The translations under genes were made by a program, and so were the position numbers. Positions 15,750-23,465 of a stretch of DNA of 62,000 nt are shown here, one piece after another. Source of the DNA: Hyalangium minutum. GTDB taxonomy: Bacteria; Myxococcota; Myxococcia; Myxococcales; Myxococcaceae. A model generated the notes under the pieces. The model saw only the letters and a program-made list of their open reading frames with translations. It was not told the DNA's origin and did not search any database. The first letter of the stretch is position 1. Every line of letters starts with the position of its first letter. The stretch covers positions 82,001-144,000 of the forward strand of contig NZ_JMCB01000002.1 in NCBI RefSeq assembly GCF_000737315.1, written 5' to 3'.

Positions 15750-16088
15750 GTGCCTAGCTTGGGAAGGGTGACGGTCTTGGACACACGGCAGGAGCGGCTT
15801 CTCTATACGCGCTCGGCGAGAGCGCGCCTCCAGGCCCTCCCCGCCGAGGTGCGCCTCCATGTGGAGACGCATATGGCCAACCTCACCCTCCTGATCGAAG
15901 GCCTGGCGCCCGAGCATCTCCCCCAGATGCTGGCGCATGAAGACGAGGGCTTCGTCACGGCCGTGCCGGGAGCCCGGGTGCGCTTCGTCGTCGCTCCCGC
16001 GGCGCGCGCCCTGCTCGTCTACCGCATCGAGACCTTGCCCGAAAGGGAAGTGGCTCCTGCCGTGCACCCCCAGCTCGGCCCCGAGTGA
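15750..16088 (+). CDS. Hypothetical protein, possible RelE/ParE-like fold
   Basis: 112 aa; LYTRSARARLQALPAEVRLHV and RVRFVV...LLVYRI resemble the RelE secondary-structure pattern. Confidence 0.5.
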   Translation: MPSLGRVTVLDTRQERLLYTRSARARLQALPAEVRLHVETHMANLTLLIEGLAPEHLPQMLAHEDEGFVTAVPGARVRFVVAPAARALLVYRIETLPEREVAPAVHPQLGPE

Positions 16089-16185
16089 CTCTGGCGGAGC
16101 CACCACCGGCAGCCAAGGCGGAGAGCCTTCGCGTGACGGCGCCTCTCCGCTCGTGGCGAAAGAGGCGCACGCCCGCGGCGCTGCA

Positions 16186-16614
16186 CTACTTGTTGATGGC
16201 CTGATTGGAGGGGCTGGACGCCGGGCCCGTCGCCGAGCGGCCCCGCTTGTAGAGGTCCGTCAGCTTCTTGGCCAGGTCCGCGCCCTGCACGCTCTTGGAG
16301 ATGTAGCCGTCCGCGCCGGACGACAGCGCCAGCGAGCGCAGCTTCGACTCGTCCGAGGCCGAGTACAGGATGAACTTGGTGCCCAGCGGCGCCTGCGCGC
16401 GCGCCAGAGACAGCACCTTGTCGCCGCTCAGCGCGGGAATGTTCACGTCCAGCAGCACCAGGTCCGGTGCCACCGAACGCACCAGGTTGGACACGCCCAG
16501 CGAGGAGCGGTGCGTGCGCACATCAAATCCGTAGGACGAGAGCGAGCGCTCCGCCAGTACAAGCTGATCCTGGTCGTCGTCCACAACGAGGACTCGGATC
16601 TTGGTTTCCGACAT
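16186..16614 (-). CDS. Single-domain response regulator (REC)
   Basis: VLVVDDD...LLDVNIP...LYSAS...YISKS. Confidence 0.92.
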   Translation of the reverse strand: MSETKIRVLVVDDDQDQLVLAERSLSSYGFDVRTHRSSLGVSNLVRSVAPDLVLLDVNIPALSGDKVLSLARAQAPLGTKFILYSASDESKLRSLALSSGADGYISKSVQGADLAKKLTDLYKRGRSATGPASSPSNQAINK

Positions 16615-16930
16615 TGTTTCCCCCAGGGGGCAGGGTTGTCGCTAGAGAGACTCTAATTATGACCTCGCTCCGCGTCAGGAAAGAAGGGGGGGGCGTGTAG
16701 GACCCTGCCGAAAGTGACAAGCGAGCAGGCAGTTTCCCGGGAAGTCGTGAGGCGCTCAACACCGGATATTGAGAACATCGTGAATTCCGAAGGGCCGCCT
16801 CGTGGATAAGCAGGCGCTCCCCACCTGCCCCGTCGTGTCGCCGAGAGGAATCGTGGCCACCGTGGCGGTGCTTTTCTCTCACCCGGTGGAGACGCATGGC
16901 ACGGCGCAAGACCCACCGGGGCAGGGCAGC

Positions 16931-18268
16931 TCAGCGGCGCTTCTGCGCGGCCCGCGGAGGACGCCGTCCCTTCGACACGCCCGGGTCGCTGGGAGCATCC
17001 GGGGCACTCGGAGTGCCCTGCAGCGGGAAGGTGAGGGTGAACACCGCGCCCCGCTCCGGGCGGTTGGCCGCGGTGATGGAGCCCCCCGCGCGCGCCATGA
17101 CGCCATAGGCCATGGACAGCCCCAGTCCCGTGCCCTGGCTGCCTTTGGTGGTGAAGAAGGGCCGGAAGATGCTGTGCAGGTTCTCCGGAGGAATGCCCGT
17201 GCCCTCGTCCTCCACGGTGACGACGACCTTGCCGCCCACCTCGGTGCCACGCACGCGGATGACGCCACTGTCCGGCATCGCGTCCCGGGCGTTGAGCAGC
17301 AGGTTGATGAAGACGTAGCGCAGGTCCGCCGCCACGCCGCTCACCGGCGGCAGCAGCGGGACATCCACCTCGATGCGCAGCGACAGGCCATGCCGCTTCG
17401 CCTGGTGCTCGAGGTCGCTGCGGGCGATCTCCACCGCCTCGCGGATGACGTCGGCCAGCTGCACCTGCTCGCCCGCGTGCTCGGGCCGCTGGCGCGCGAA
17501 GTCCTGGAGGTGGCGCAGGCGCGTGTGGGCGTCGCTGACGATGCGCACCATCGCGTCCATGTGGCCGCGGTGCCGCGTGGCGAACTCCGCGTCCCTCTCG
17601 ATGAGCTCCAGCCGGAGCTTCATGGCGTTCAGGGTGTTGTTGAGATCATGCGCCACGCCCGAGGCCAGCTCGCCCAGGGCGCGCAGGTGCTCCTGCTGGG
17701 ACAGGGTGGCACGCGCCTTCTCCAGCTCCTGCTCGGCCTGGACCTGGGCGGTGATGTCGTGGGCGAGCAGCAGCACGGCCTCCCTGGGACGCTCCCGGGG
17801 GTTGAGGCCCACCCGCTCTGTGCGCACCTCCAGCGTCCTCACGCCGGACTGCTCCTGGTAGCGCTCCACCACGGGGCCTCGCTCCCCCGAGGCCCTCAGC
17901 GCATGGGTGGCCTCCTCGGCCACCAGCCGCAGCGTGTTCCGGGCGGGGCCCTGCTGCTGGCCCTGGTGCAGGCGGAGCCACGGGCCGCTCCGGGTCAACG
18001 CGTGCCAGCGCGGATTGGCCAGCAGCACCACGCCATCACTCAGGAGCGCCACCGCGCTGGCGCTCGTCTCCAGCGCCCAGTTGGAGAGCCGGTAGGTGGT
18101 GATGTGCTCCTGGGAGCGCAGCTCCAGCTTGTGGACGAGCGTCTCGTGCTTGGAGAGGAGTTCCTGGTACTTGCGCAACAGCTCCGCTCGCATGCGCGTC
18201 GGAGGCTCGGCGGGGTGCTTGGCCCCGGGGGAGGTGGCAGGAGGGGGCGGACGGCGGCGCGGGCTCAT
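16931..18268 (-). CDS. Cytoplasmic PAS sensor histidine kinase
   Basis: Start at ATG 18268 or a slightly later ATG (MRAELL); H-box GVAHDLNNTLN; NLLLNARDAM; DEGTGI; FFTTK..GTGLGL. Confidence 0.88.
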   Translation of the reverse strand: MSPRRRPPPPATSPGAKHPAEPPTRMRAELLRKYQELLSKHETLVHKLELRSQEHITTYRLSNWALETSASAVALLSDGVVLLANPRWHALTRSGPWLRLHQGQQQGPARNTLRLVAEEATHALRASGERGPVVERYQEQSGVRTLEVRTERVGLNPRERPREAVLLLAHDITAQVQAEQELEKARATLSQQEHLRALGELASGVAHDLNNTLNAMKLRLELIERDAEFATRHRGHMDAMVRIVSDAHTRLRHLQDFARQRPEHAGEQVQLADVIREAVEIARSDLEHQAKRHGLSLRIEVDVPLLPPVSGVAADLRYVFINLLLNARDAMPDSGVIRVRGTEVGGKVVVTVEDEGTGIPPENLHSIFRPFFTTKGSQGTGLGLSMAYGVMARAGGSITAANRPERGAVFTLTFPLQGTPSAPDAPSDPGVSKGRRPPRAAQKRR

Positions 18269-18502
18269 GCTCTCGAATGCTCCATGCGCGCGCGGTTCTC
18301 CTCCGGCAGCGCGGCCAGCTGGATGACGTCGTGGGCCACATAGAGCAGGCCCTGCATGTCCCTGCCATTGCCCCGAGGGGGCACCGCCTGAGCGCGCAGC
18401 GTCACAGGTTCGTCCCCGGGGGCTCCAGGTGGCCATGGCCGGGCTGTTAACCCACGGCGTGGCGGGTCAGCAAGGCTGGAGACACCCTGCTAGGTAGGAT
18501 TC

Positions 18503-18520
18503 GACAAAACATGTTTTGTC
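18503..18520. promoter_or_regulatory. Perfect 18-bp palindrome GACAAAACATGTTTTGTC in a divergent intergenic region; candidate operator
   Basis: Exact self-complement; AT-rich in a GC-rich background; immediately followed by TATAAC (18521-18526). Confidence 0.6.
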
Positions 18521-18751
18521 TATAACCCGGAGCAGGCCGATGGGATGGGCTTCCATTCCGAACGCGGCTGGCCATCTACGGGATGCTCGATCGGATGGCT
18601 CGGACGGGGGGGGCGTATGCACAGGACGTCCTGGGTTCTCATCCTGAACACTGAGGGGCGGAGGTCCGGGGCGGTCCTTCCTTTGCTCGTCTCGGGTGCC
18701 GTTAGATGGAAGCCGTACTCAGGTCACGCCGCCGAATCACGGAGACACATC

Positions 18752-19429
18752 ATGGAGCCGAACTCCCGTATCCGGGTGGGCATTCTCGAAGACCAGCAGA
18801 TCTTCCTCGAGAGCCTGGTATCGATTCTGGAGAGCGCCGGCATAGAGGTGGTGGCTCAGTGCTCGAGCGTGGAGCAATTCCTGGCGCAGACGCGGCAGCA
18901 GCCACCGGACGTGGCGCTGGTGGACCTGCGGCTGGAGCACAAGGACGGGCAGCAGCTGGCGGATGGCTGCCGGGCGGTCGAGCTCCTGCATGACTTCTAC
19001 CCGAATGTGCGGCCGCTCGTGCTGTCGGCCAACCGGAACGCGGAGGAGGTGGAGCGCTGCTTCCGGGCTGGAGCGGCGGGCTACCTGTGCAAGCAGAACA
19101 TCGGCTGCGCGGAGCTGCTCGAGGCCGTGGGGCGGGTGGCCCGGGGCGAGCGACTGGTACCCTCGGAGCTGTTCCCTCACTCCATCGTGGAGGAAGAGAG
19201 CAACGCCTCGCGCAGCGTGCTCCACCAGCTCACGGCCCGGGAGCGCGAGGTGCTGGGCTTCATCGCCTCGGGCGCGGACAACCTGAAGATCGCCGTGTGC
19301 CTGGGCATCACCGAGCGCACGGTGAAGGCGCACATCACCAGCATCTACCGCAAGCTGGACGTAGAGAACCGCACGCAGATGGCGATGCTGGCCTGCCAGC
19401 TGGGCGTGGAGCGTCCGGCAACCGTCTGA
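18752..19429 (+). CDS. NarL/FixJ-type response regulator (REC + LuxR HTH)
   Basis: Start reassigned to ATG 18752; ILEDQQ...ALVDLRL; LTAREREVL...NLKIAVCLGITERTVKAHITSIYRKL. Confidence 0.93.
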   Translation: MEPNSRIRVGILEDQQIFLESLVSILESAGIEVVAQCSSVEQFLAQTRQQPPDVALVDLRLEHKDGQQLADGCRAVELLHDFYPNVRPLVLSANRNAEEVERCFRAGAAGYLCKQNIGCAELLEAVGRVARGERLVPSELFPHSIVEEESNASRSVLHQLTAREREVLGFIASGADNLKIAVCLGITERTVKAHITSIYRKLDVENRTQMAMLACQLGVERPATV

Positions 19430-19609
19430 GGGTCATCTCTTCCTGGGACTTGAGGCCAATAGGTTCTTTCGCTGGGGAGCAGCACCTTGGAAGCAGCACG
19501 TTGGCGGGCCCCTCCTTCCCTGCCTTCTCCCGCCGCGTGCGCTGGGTCGTTTCCAGCGGGCCGGGGCGGGGATGCTTCCTCCTCCTGCCCCGGTCCGCTG
19601 CCAGCCTGC

Positions 19610-20632
19610 TCAAGGCTTCGTCGCGACGACGAGCTCGAAGGGGCCCGGCAGCACCTCGGGCGCTTTGAAGCCCAAGTCCTTCAGGGCCAGCAGGTAGTAC
19701 TCCACCTCGCGCAGGCGGCTCACGCAGCTGTCCACGCCCATGAGGAAGTAGGACCAGAAGAACTGCGCCGTCAGCCGCTCGGGCGTGCGGAACTCCTCGC
19801 AGATGAGGATGCGGCCACCGGAGGGCAGCGCCTCGTACGTGGCCTTCATCAGCGCGCGCGCCGTCTCCGCTGGCCAGTCGTGCAGCACACGCACGAAGGA
19901 GATCGCGTCATAGCCGCGCGGCAGCGGCTCCTTCAGGAAGTCTCCGCCCACGAAGCCCAGCCGCGCGCCCAGCTGGTGCTTCTCCCGCGTGCGCGCCACC
20001 AACGCCTCGGTGGCCGGCAAGTTGTACACGTCCACCTGGAGCTCCGGGTGCTGCTCCAGCAGGTGCGCCGCCAGCGAGCCGTCTCCGCCGCCCACCTCCA
20101 GCAGCTTCTGCCCCGGGCGCCACAGCGTGCCGCCGTGGGTGCGGAACACCTCGAGGATGGGGCCCAGCCCCGCGGCCATGCTGGCCTCGAAGCCCGCCAC
20201 CTGCTCGGTCGTCTGTGGCGGCCATTCGAAGTCCTTGGCCGGCATGCTCCGCTCCCCGCGCAGCACCTCCGGCAGGTGGCCGTGCAGCTCGCGCCAGCCG
20301 TACTTCTCCCGGTCCCGCTCCAGCGACTGCGGCCCCACCACCTTCTCCGCCGCCGCGCGCAGCCCCGGCACCGCCGTGTAGCGGGCCTCGAGCAGCGCGT
20401 CCGTCTTCTGCTCGCGCCGCACCAGCCCCAGGCTCTCCAGGCAGTCGAGGAACTTGTAGAGACGCCCCGGCACCATGCCGTACTTCTGGCTCAGCACCTC
20501 CAGCGTCACCGGGCCTGCCTCCAGCGCTTCCAGCAGGCCCAGCTTGTACGCCGTCTCCACCACGTCGATGGCGCGCGCTCCGTTGAAGAGCAGGTGCAGC
20601 AGCGCGCGGGGAGTGAGTTCCACGGTGCTCAT
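19610..20632 (-). CDS. SAM-dependent methyltransferase, O-methyltransferase family 2 (dimerisation + MT domain)
   Basis: ATG at 20632 overlaps the upstream stop; LLEVGGGDG, FVGGDFL, RVLHDWP, GGRILICE. Confidence 0.88.
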   Translation of the reverse strand: MSTVELTPRALLHLLFNGARAIDVVETAYKLGLLEALEAGPVTLEVLSQKYGMVPGRLYKFLDCLESLGLVRREQKTDALLEARYTAVPGLRAAAEKVVGPQSLERDREKYGWRELHGHLPEVLRGERSMPAKDFEWPPQTTEQVAGFEASMAAGLGPILEVFRTHGGTLWRPGQKLLEVGGGDGSLAAHLLEQHPELQVDVYNLPATEALVARTREKHQLGARLGFVGGDFLKEPLPRGYDAISFVRVLHDWPAETARALMKATYEALPSGGRILICEEFRTPERLTAQFFWSYFLMGVDSCVSRLREVEYYLLALKDLGFKAPEVLPGPFELVVATKP

Positions 20633-21771
20633 GCCTTCTCCTTCCGCGCCTCGGCCACCAGCGCGTCCATGAAGCGGTCCACTTCTTCCAGCGTGTTGTA
20701 GAGGTGCGGCGCCACGCGCAGCATGCCCCGGTAGCTGCAGATGAAGCCGCTGGCCACCAGCCGCTGGGCCACCGCCGCGTCTCCGGGGAAGCGCAGTGCC
20801 ACCACGCCCGCGCGCCGCTCCTCCTGCCGCGGCGTCACCACCGTGAAGCCCGCCTCGTCTGCCCGCTCCATCACCCGCGCGGTGCACCGCAGGGAGTGTG
20901 CGCGAATCGTCGGCATCCCCACCGACGCCAGGATGTCCAACCCCACCCGGGACAGCTGCGAGGGCAGCACCGCCGGGGTGCCGCTGGCCATCCTTCGCGC
21001 CGTGGGGGCCCAGTCGCGCACCGGCCCGAAGGTGAGCGGGTTCTCTCCGGCGATCCACCCCGTGGCCGCGGGCCTCAGCGTGGGCAGCAGGGCCGGGCGC
21101 ACGTACAGGAAGGCGCTCTCGATGGAGCCACACATCCACTTGTGCGCGCCGCCAAGCAAGAAGTCCACGCCCAGCGCGCTCACGTCGATGGGGACGGCGC
21201 CCACCGACTGGTAGGCGTCCACGGCCACGAGCGCGCCCACCGCGTGCGCGCGCCGCACGACGGACGCCAGGTCCAGCATGGCGCCGGTGGAGGAGCTGGC
21301 GTGGGTGACGCTCACGAGCAGCGTGCGCTCATCGATGGCGGCGCACAGGCGCTCCTCGTCCATCCTCCCGTTCTCGGAGGGCACCACCACGGTCTCCGCG
21401 CCGTAGCGCTCGAAGCCCTTCCAGAGGAAGGGCACGGTGGGGAACTCCAGGTCCGTGGTCACCACGCGGCGGCGCTCGCCCTGGTAGTCGAAGCAAGTGC
21501 CCAGGCGCCCCAGCAGCGTGGTGAGGTTGGTGTCCGTCACCACGGAGCCGTCCGGCGCGCCGATGAAGCGCGCCACCGCGTCCATGTACCCGAGCCAGTC
21601 CGCCCACCAGCCCTCCCACGCCTCGTCACGCCAGTGCTGCAGCGTCTGCCCGTAGCGCTGGAGCACCGCCTCCATGCCCCGGGGGAACGCCCCCGTGGAG
21701 TTGCTGTTGAGGTACGTCACTTTCTCCAGCAGGGGGAACTCCGCCCGTACCGCCGAGAGCGTTGCGTCCAT
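20629..21771 (-). CDS. Class V PLP-dependent enzyme, kynureninase-like
   Basis: YLNSNSTGAFP (cf. kynureninase YL.GNSLG), TDLEFPT, VDAYQSVG, GAHKW (PLP Lys), LRVAPHLYN; adjacent to a TDO-family gene. Confidence 0.82.
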   Translation of the reverse strand: MDATLSAVRAEFPLLEKVTYLNSNSTGAFPRGMEAVLQRYGQTLQHWRDEAWEGWWADWLGYMDAVARFIGAPDGSVVTDTNLTTLLGRLGTCFDYQGERRRVVTTDLEFPTVPFLWKGFERYGAETVVVPSENGRMDEERLCAAIDERTLLVSVTHASSSTGAMLDLASVVRRAHAVGALVAVDAYQSVGAVPIDVSALGVDFLLGGAHKWMCGSIESAFLYVRPALLPTLRPAATGWIAGENPLTFGPVRDWAPTARRMASGTPAVLPSQLSRVGLDILASVGMPTIRAHSLRCTARVMERADEAGFTVVTPRQEERRAGVVALRFPGDAAVAQRLVASGFICSYRGMLRVAPHLYNTLEEVDRFMDALVAEARKEKA

Positions 21772-21774
21772 ATG

Positions 21775-22995
21775 TCAGCGTCCTGAATCCTTGGAGGGGT
21801 GGTTCGCCGCGACGCCTTCCTGCAACTGCGCGGCGAAGCGCGAGGTGGGCGGCTCGGGCCGGGACCACGGATCATCCGACTCCGGCAGCGGCGGAGGCTC
21901 GGTGGGCCCCGGCGCCTGTCCGCGACGAGGCGGCTCGGGCTTGGACCAGGGGTCTTCGGCAGGCGCCTGTGGAGGCACGCTCGCGGCGGCCGTGGCGGAG
22001 GGATCCACCTGCGCCGCGGCCGCGGCCAGGGCCTGGGCGGTGCTCATCACCGGAGGAGCCGACTGCTGTGGCTCGGTGGGGGCCTTCGCCGCGCCCGGAG
22101 CCGGAAGGTCGGAGGCCGCCTCCAGCGCTGAGCTGATGGAGGCATGGCCCTCGGGAGCGGGGGGGCCCGCGGGGCTTGGGGAGACAGCGGGGTAGGAGCC
22201 CGAGGGCCGCTGGCTGCCGGGCGCGTAGCCACCGTCGCGCCGCCACGCGTTCGTCATCTCCGCGCGCACCTCCCACAGCTTGCGGAACAGCGGCAGCGTC
22301 ATGCGCCCCGCCAGCACCTGCGTGGGCAGGCCATCCAGCGCCTTGATGGAGCGGTCCACGCCGATGATGCGGCGGACCATCTGGTAGTGCGTGTAGAGCC
22401 ACGTCTGAAACAACTCGTCCAGGTCGACGAACTGCTCGCAGATGCGCTTCACGTCCTCCGAGTTGTACGCGCCGACCTTGTACACATCCAGCAGCCGCAG
22501 GTTGCGCCGCTGCAGCGTGCGATCCAACGCCGCCGCCAAGCCGTCCGCCGCCAGGCGCATGGCGTTGTAGCCCGGAGACTCCTGCCCGCTGCCGTTGCCC
22601 AGGCTGCGCCGGATGATTTGATACGTATCCGGCGTCATCGTCTCCAGGATGTTCATCTCCGCCACGAGACATTTCATGGCGCGCAGCATGCGCTCCAGCC
22701 GCCCGGTGGCTGGCCACAGCAGGTCTCCATCCATCTCCGCCACCACCTCGACCGCTTCCTGGGTGATGAGCTTGAGCCAGAGTTCCTGGGCCTGGTGAGT
22801 AATCTGAAACAAGAGCTCATCGTGATGGACGAGCTCCTCCGTGGAGGACTGGAGATGTAACAAAGTCCCTGTTTTCAAATAGACCTCGTAATCGAGGTCT
22901 CCCTTACCGACCCACTTCTTCAGCAAGGGATTGAACATGGGAGACGCCAGTTGATGGCGTAGCTTTTCAGCCTCACTGTAGTCAGGAGTTCGCAA
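21775..22995 (-). CDS. Tryptophan 2,3-dioxygenase-family protein (divergent) with Pro/Ala-rich C-terminal tail
   Basis: YEVYLK..LL.LQ, HDELLFQITHQAQELWLK, LETMTP, SG.ES..Y, W...H...V.RIIG, PLF..LW.VR. Likely TTG start at 22995 with GGAGG 8 nt upstream; the ORF track starts at 23010. Confidence 0.88.
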   Translation of the reverse strand: MRTPDYSEAEKLRHQLASPMFNPLLKKWVGKGDLDYEVYLKTGTLLHLQSSTEELVHHDELLFQITHQAQELWLKLITQEAVEVVAEMDGDLLWPATGRLERMLRAMKCLVAEMNILETMTPDTYQIIRRSLGNGSGQESPGYNAMRLAADGLAAALDRTLQRRNLRLLDVYKVGAYNSEDVKRICEQFVDLDELFQTWLYTHYQMVRRIIGVDRSIKALDGLPTQVLAGRMTLPLFRKLWEVRAEMTNAWRRDGGYAPGSQRPSGSYPAVSPSPAGPPAPEGHASISSALEAASDLPAPGAAKAPTEPQQSAPPVMSTAQALAAAAAQVDPSATAAASVPPQAPAEDPWSKPEPPRRGQAPGPTEPPPLPESDDPWSRPEPPTSRFAAQLQEGVAANHPSKDSGR

Positions 22996-23063
22996 GACAG
23001 GGCCCTCCAAAGGGCAGACATTTCAGAGAATTCAGACAGCCGAGTCAGTGAGACCGATTGAAC

Positions 23064-23465
23064 TCAGACAGGAGACACGGGAGTAGGGCGAGGCTTGTGA
23101 CGGAAGGACTCCAGCTTCCGCGCGAGCTCATCACCTTGAACACTCTTGGAGAGATATCCATCCGCGCCTGACGCCATGGCGAGCGAGCGCAGCTGGGTCT
23201 CATCCGAGGCTGAATACAGAATGAACTTGATGCCCGAGGGCGCTTGGGTGCGCGCCAGGGACACCACCTTGTCGCCCTTGAGGGCGGGGAAATTCACGTC
23301 AATCAGGACGACGTCCGGCACGCTGTCCCGGATGCGGGTGGAGACACCCAGGGCGGAGATGTGCGTCTCCACCTCGAACCCGTGAGCGCGCAGCGAGCGC
23401 GCCACCAAGTCCAAGAGGTCCGGGTCGTCATCCACCACGAGCACGCGGAGCTTGCCGTCAGCCAT
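23064..23465 (-). CDS. Single-domain response regulator (REC), paralogue of 16186-16614
   Basis: VLVVDDD...LIDVNFP...LYSAS...YLSKS; overlaps the hybrid kinase stop by 8 nt. Confidence 0.92.
   Translation of the reverse strand: MADGKLRVLVVDDDPDLLDLVARSLRAHGFEVETHISALGVSTRIRDSVPDVVLIDVNFPALKGDKVVSLARTQAPSGIKFILYSASDETQLRSLAMASGADGYLSKSVQGDELARKLESFRHKPRPTPVSPV

Noticed and set aside
18752-19429. LuxR-solo quorum-sensing receptor for the enzyme cassette's product
   Set aside because: The N-terminal domain is a phospho-receiver (ED...D), not an autoinducer-binding domain, so it is NarL/FixJ type.
19610-22995. Part of an actinomycin/pyrrolobenzodiazepine-like NRPS cluster
   Set aside because: No NRPS, adenylation or carrier-protein genes within the window on either side.
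23021-23050. TTCAGA direct repeats upstream of the TDO gene as an OmpR-type site
   Set aside because: Only two 6-mers 9 bp apart; within chance expectation.
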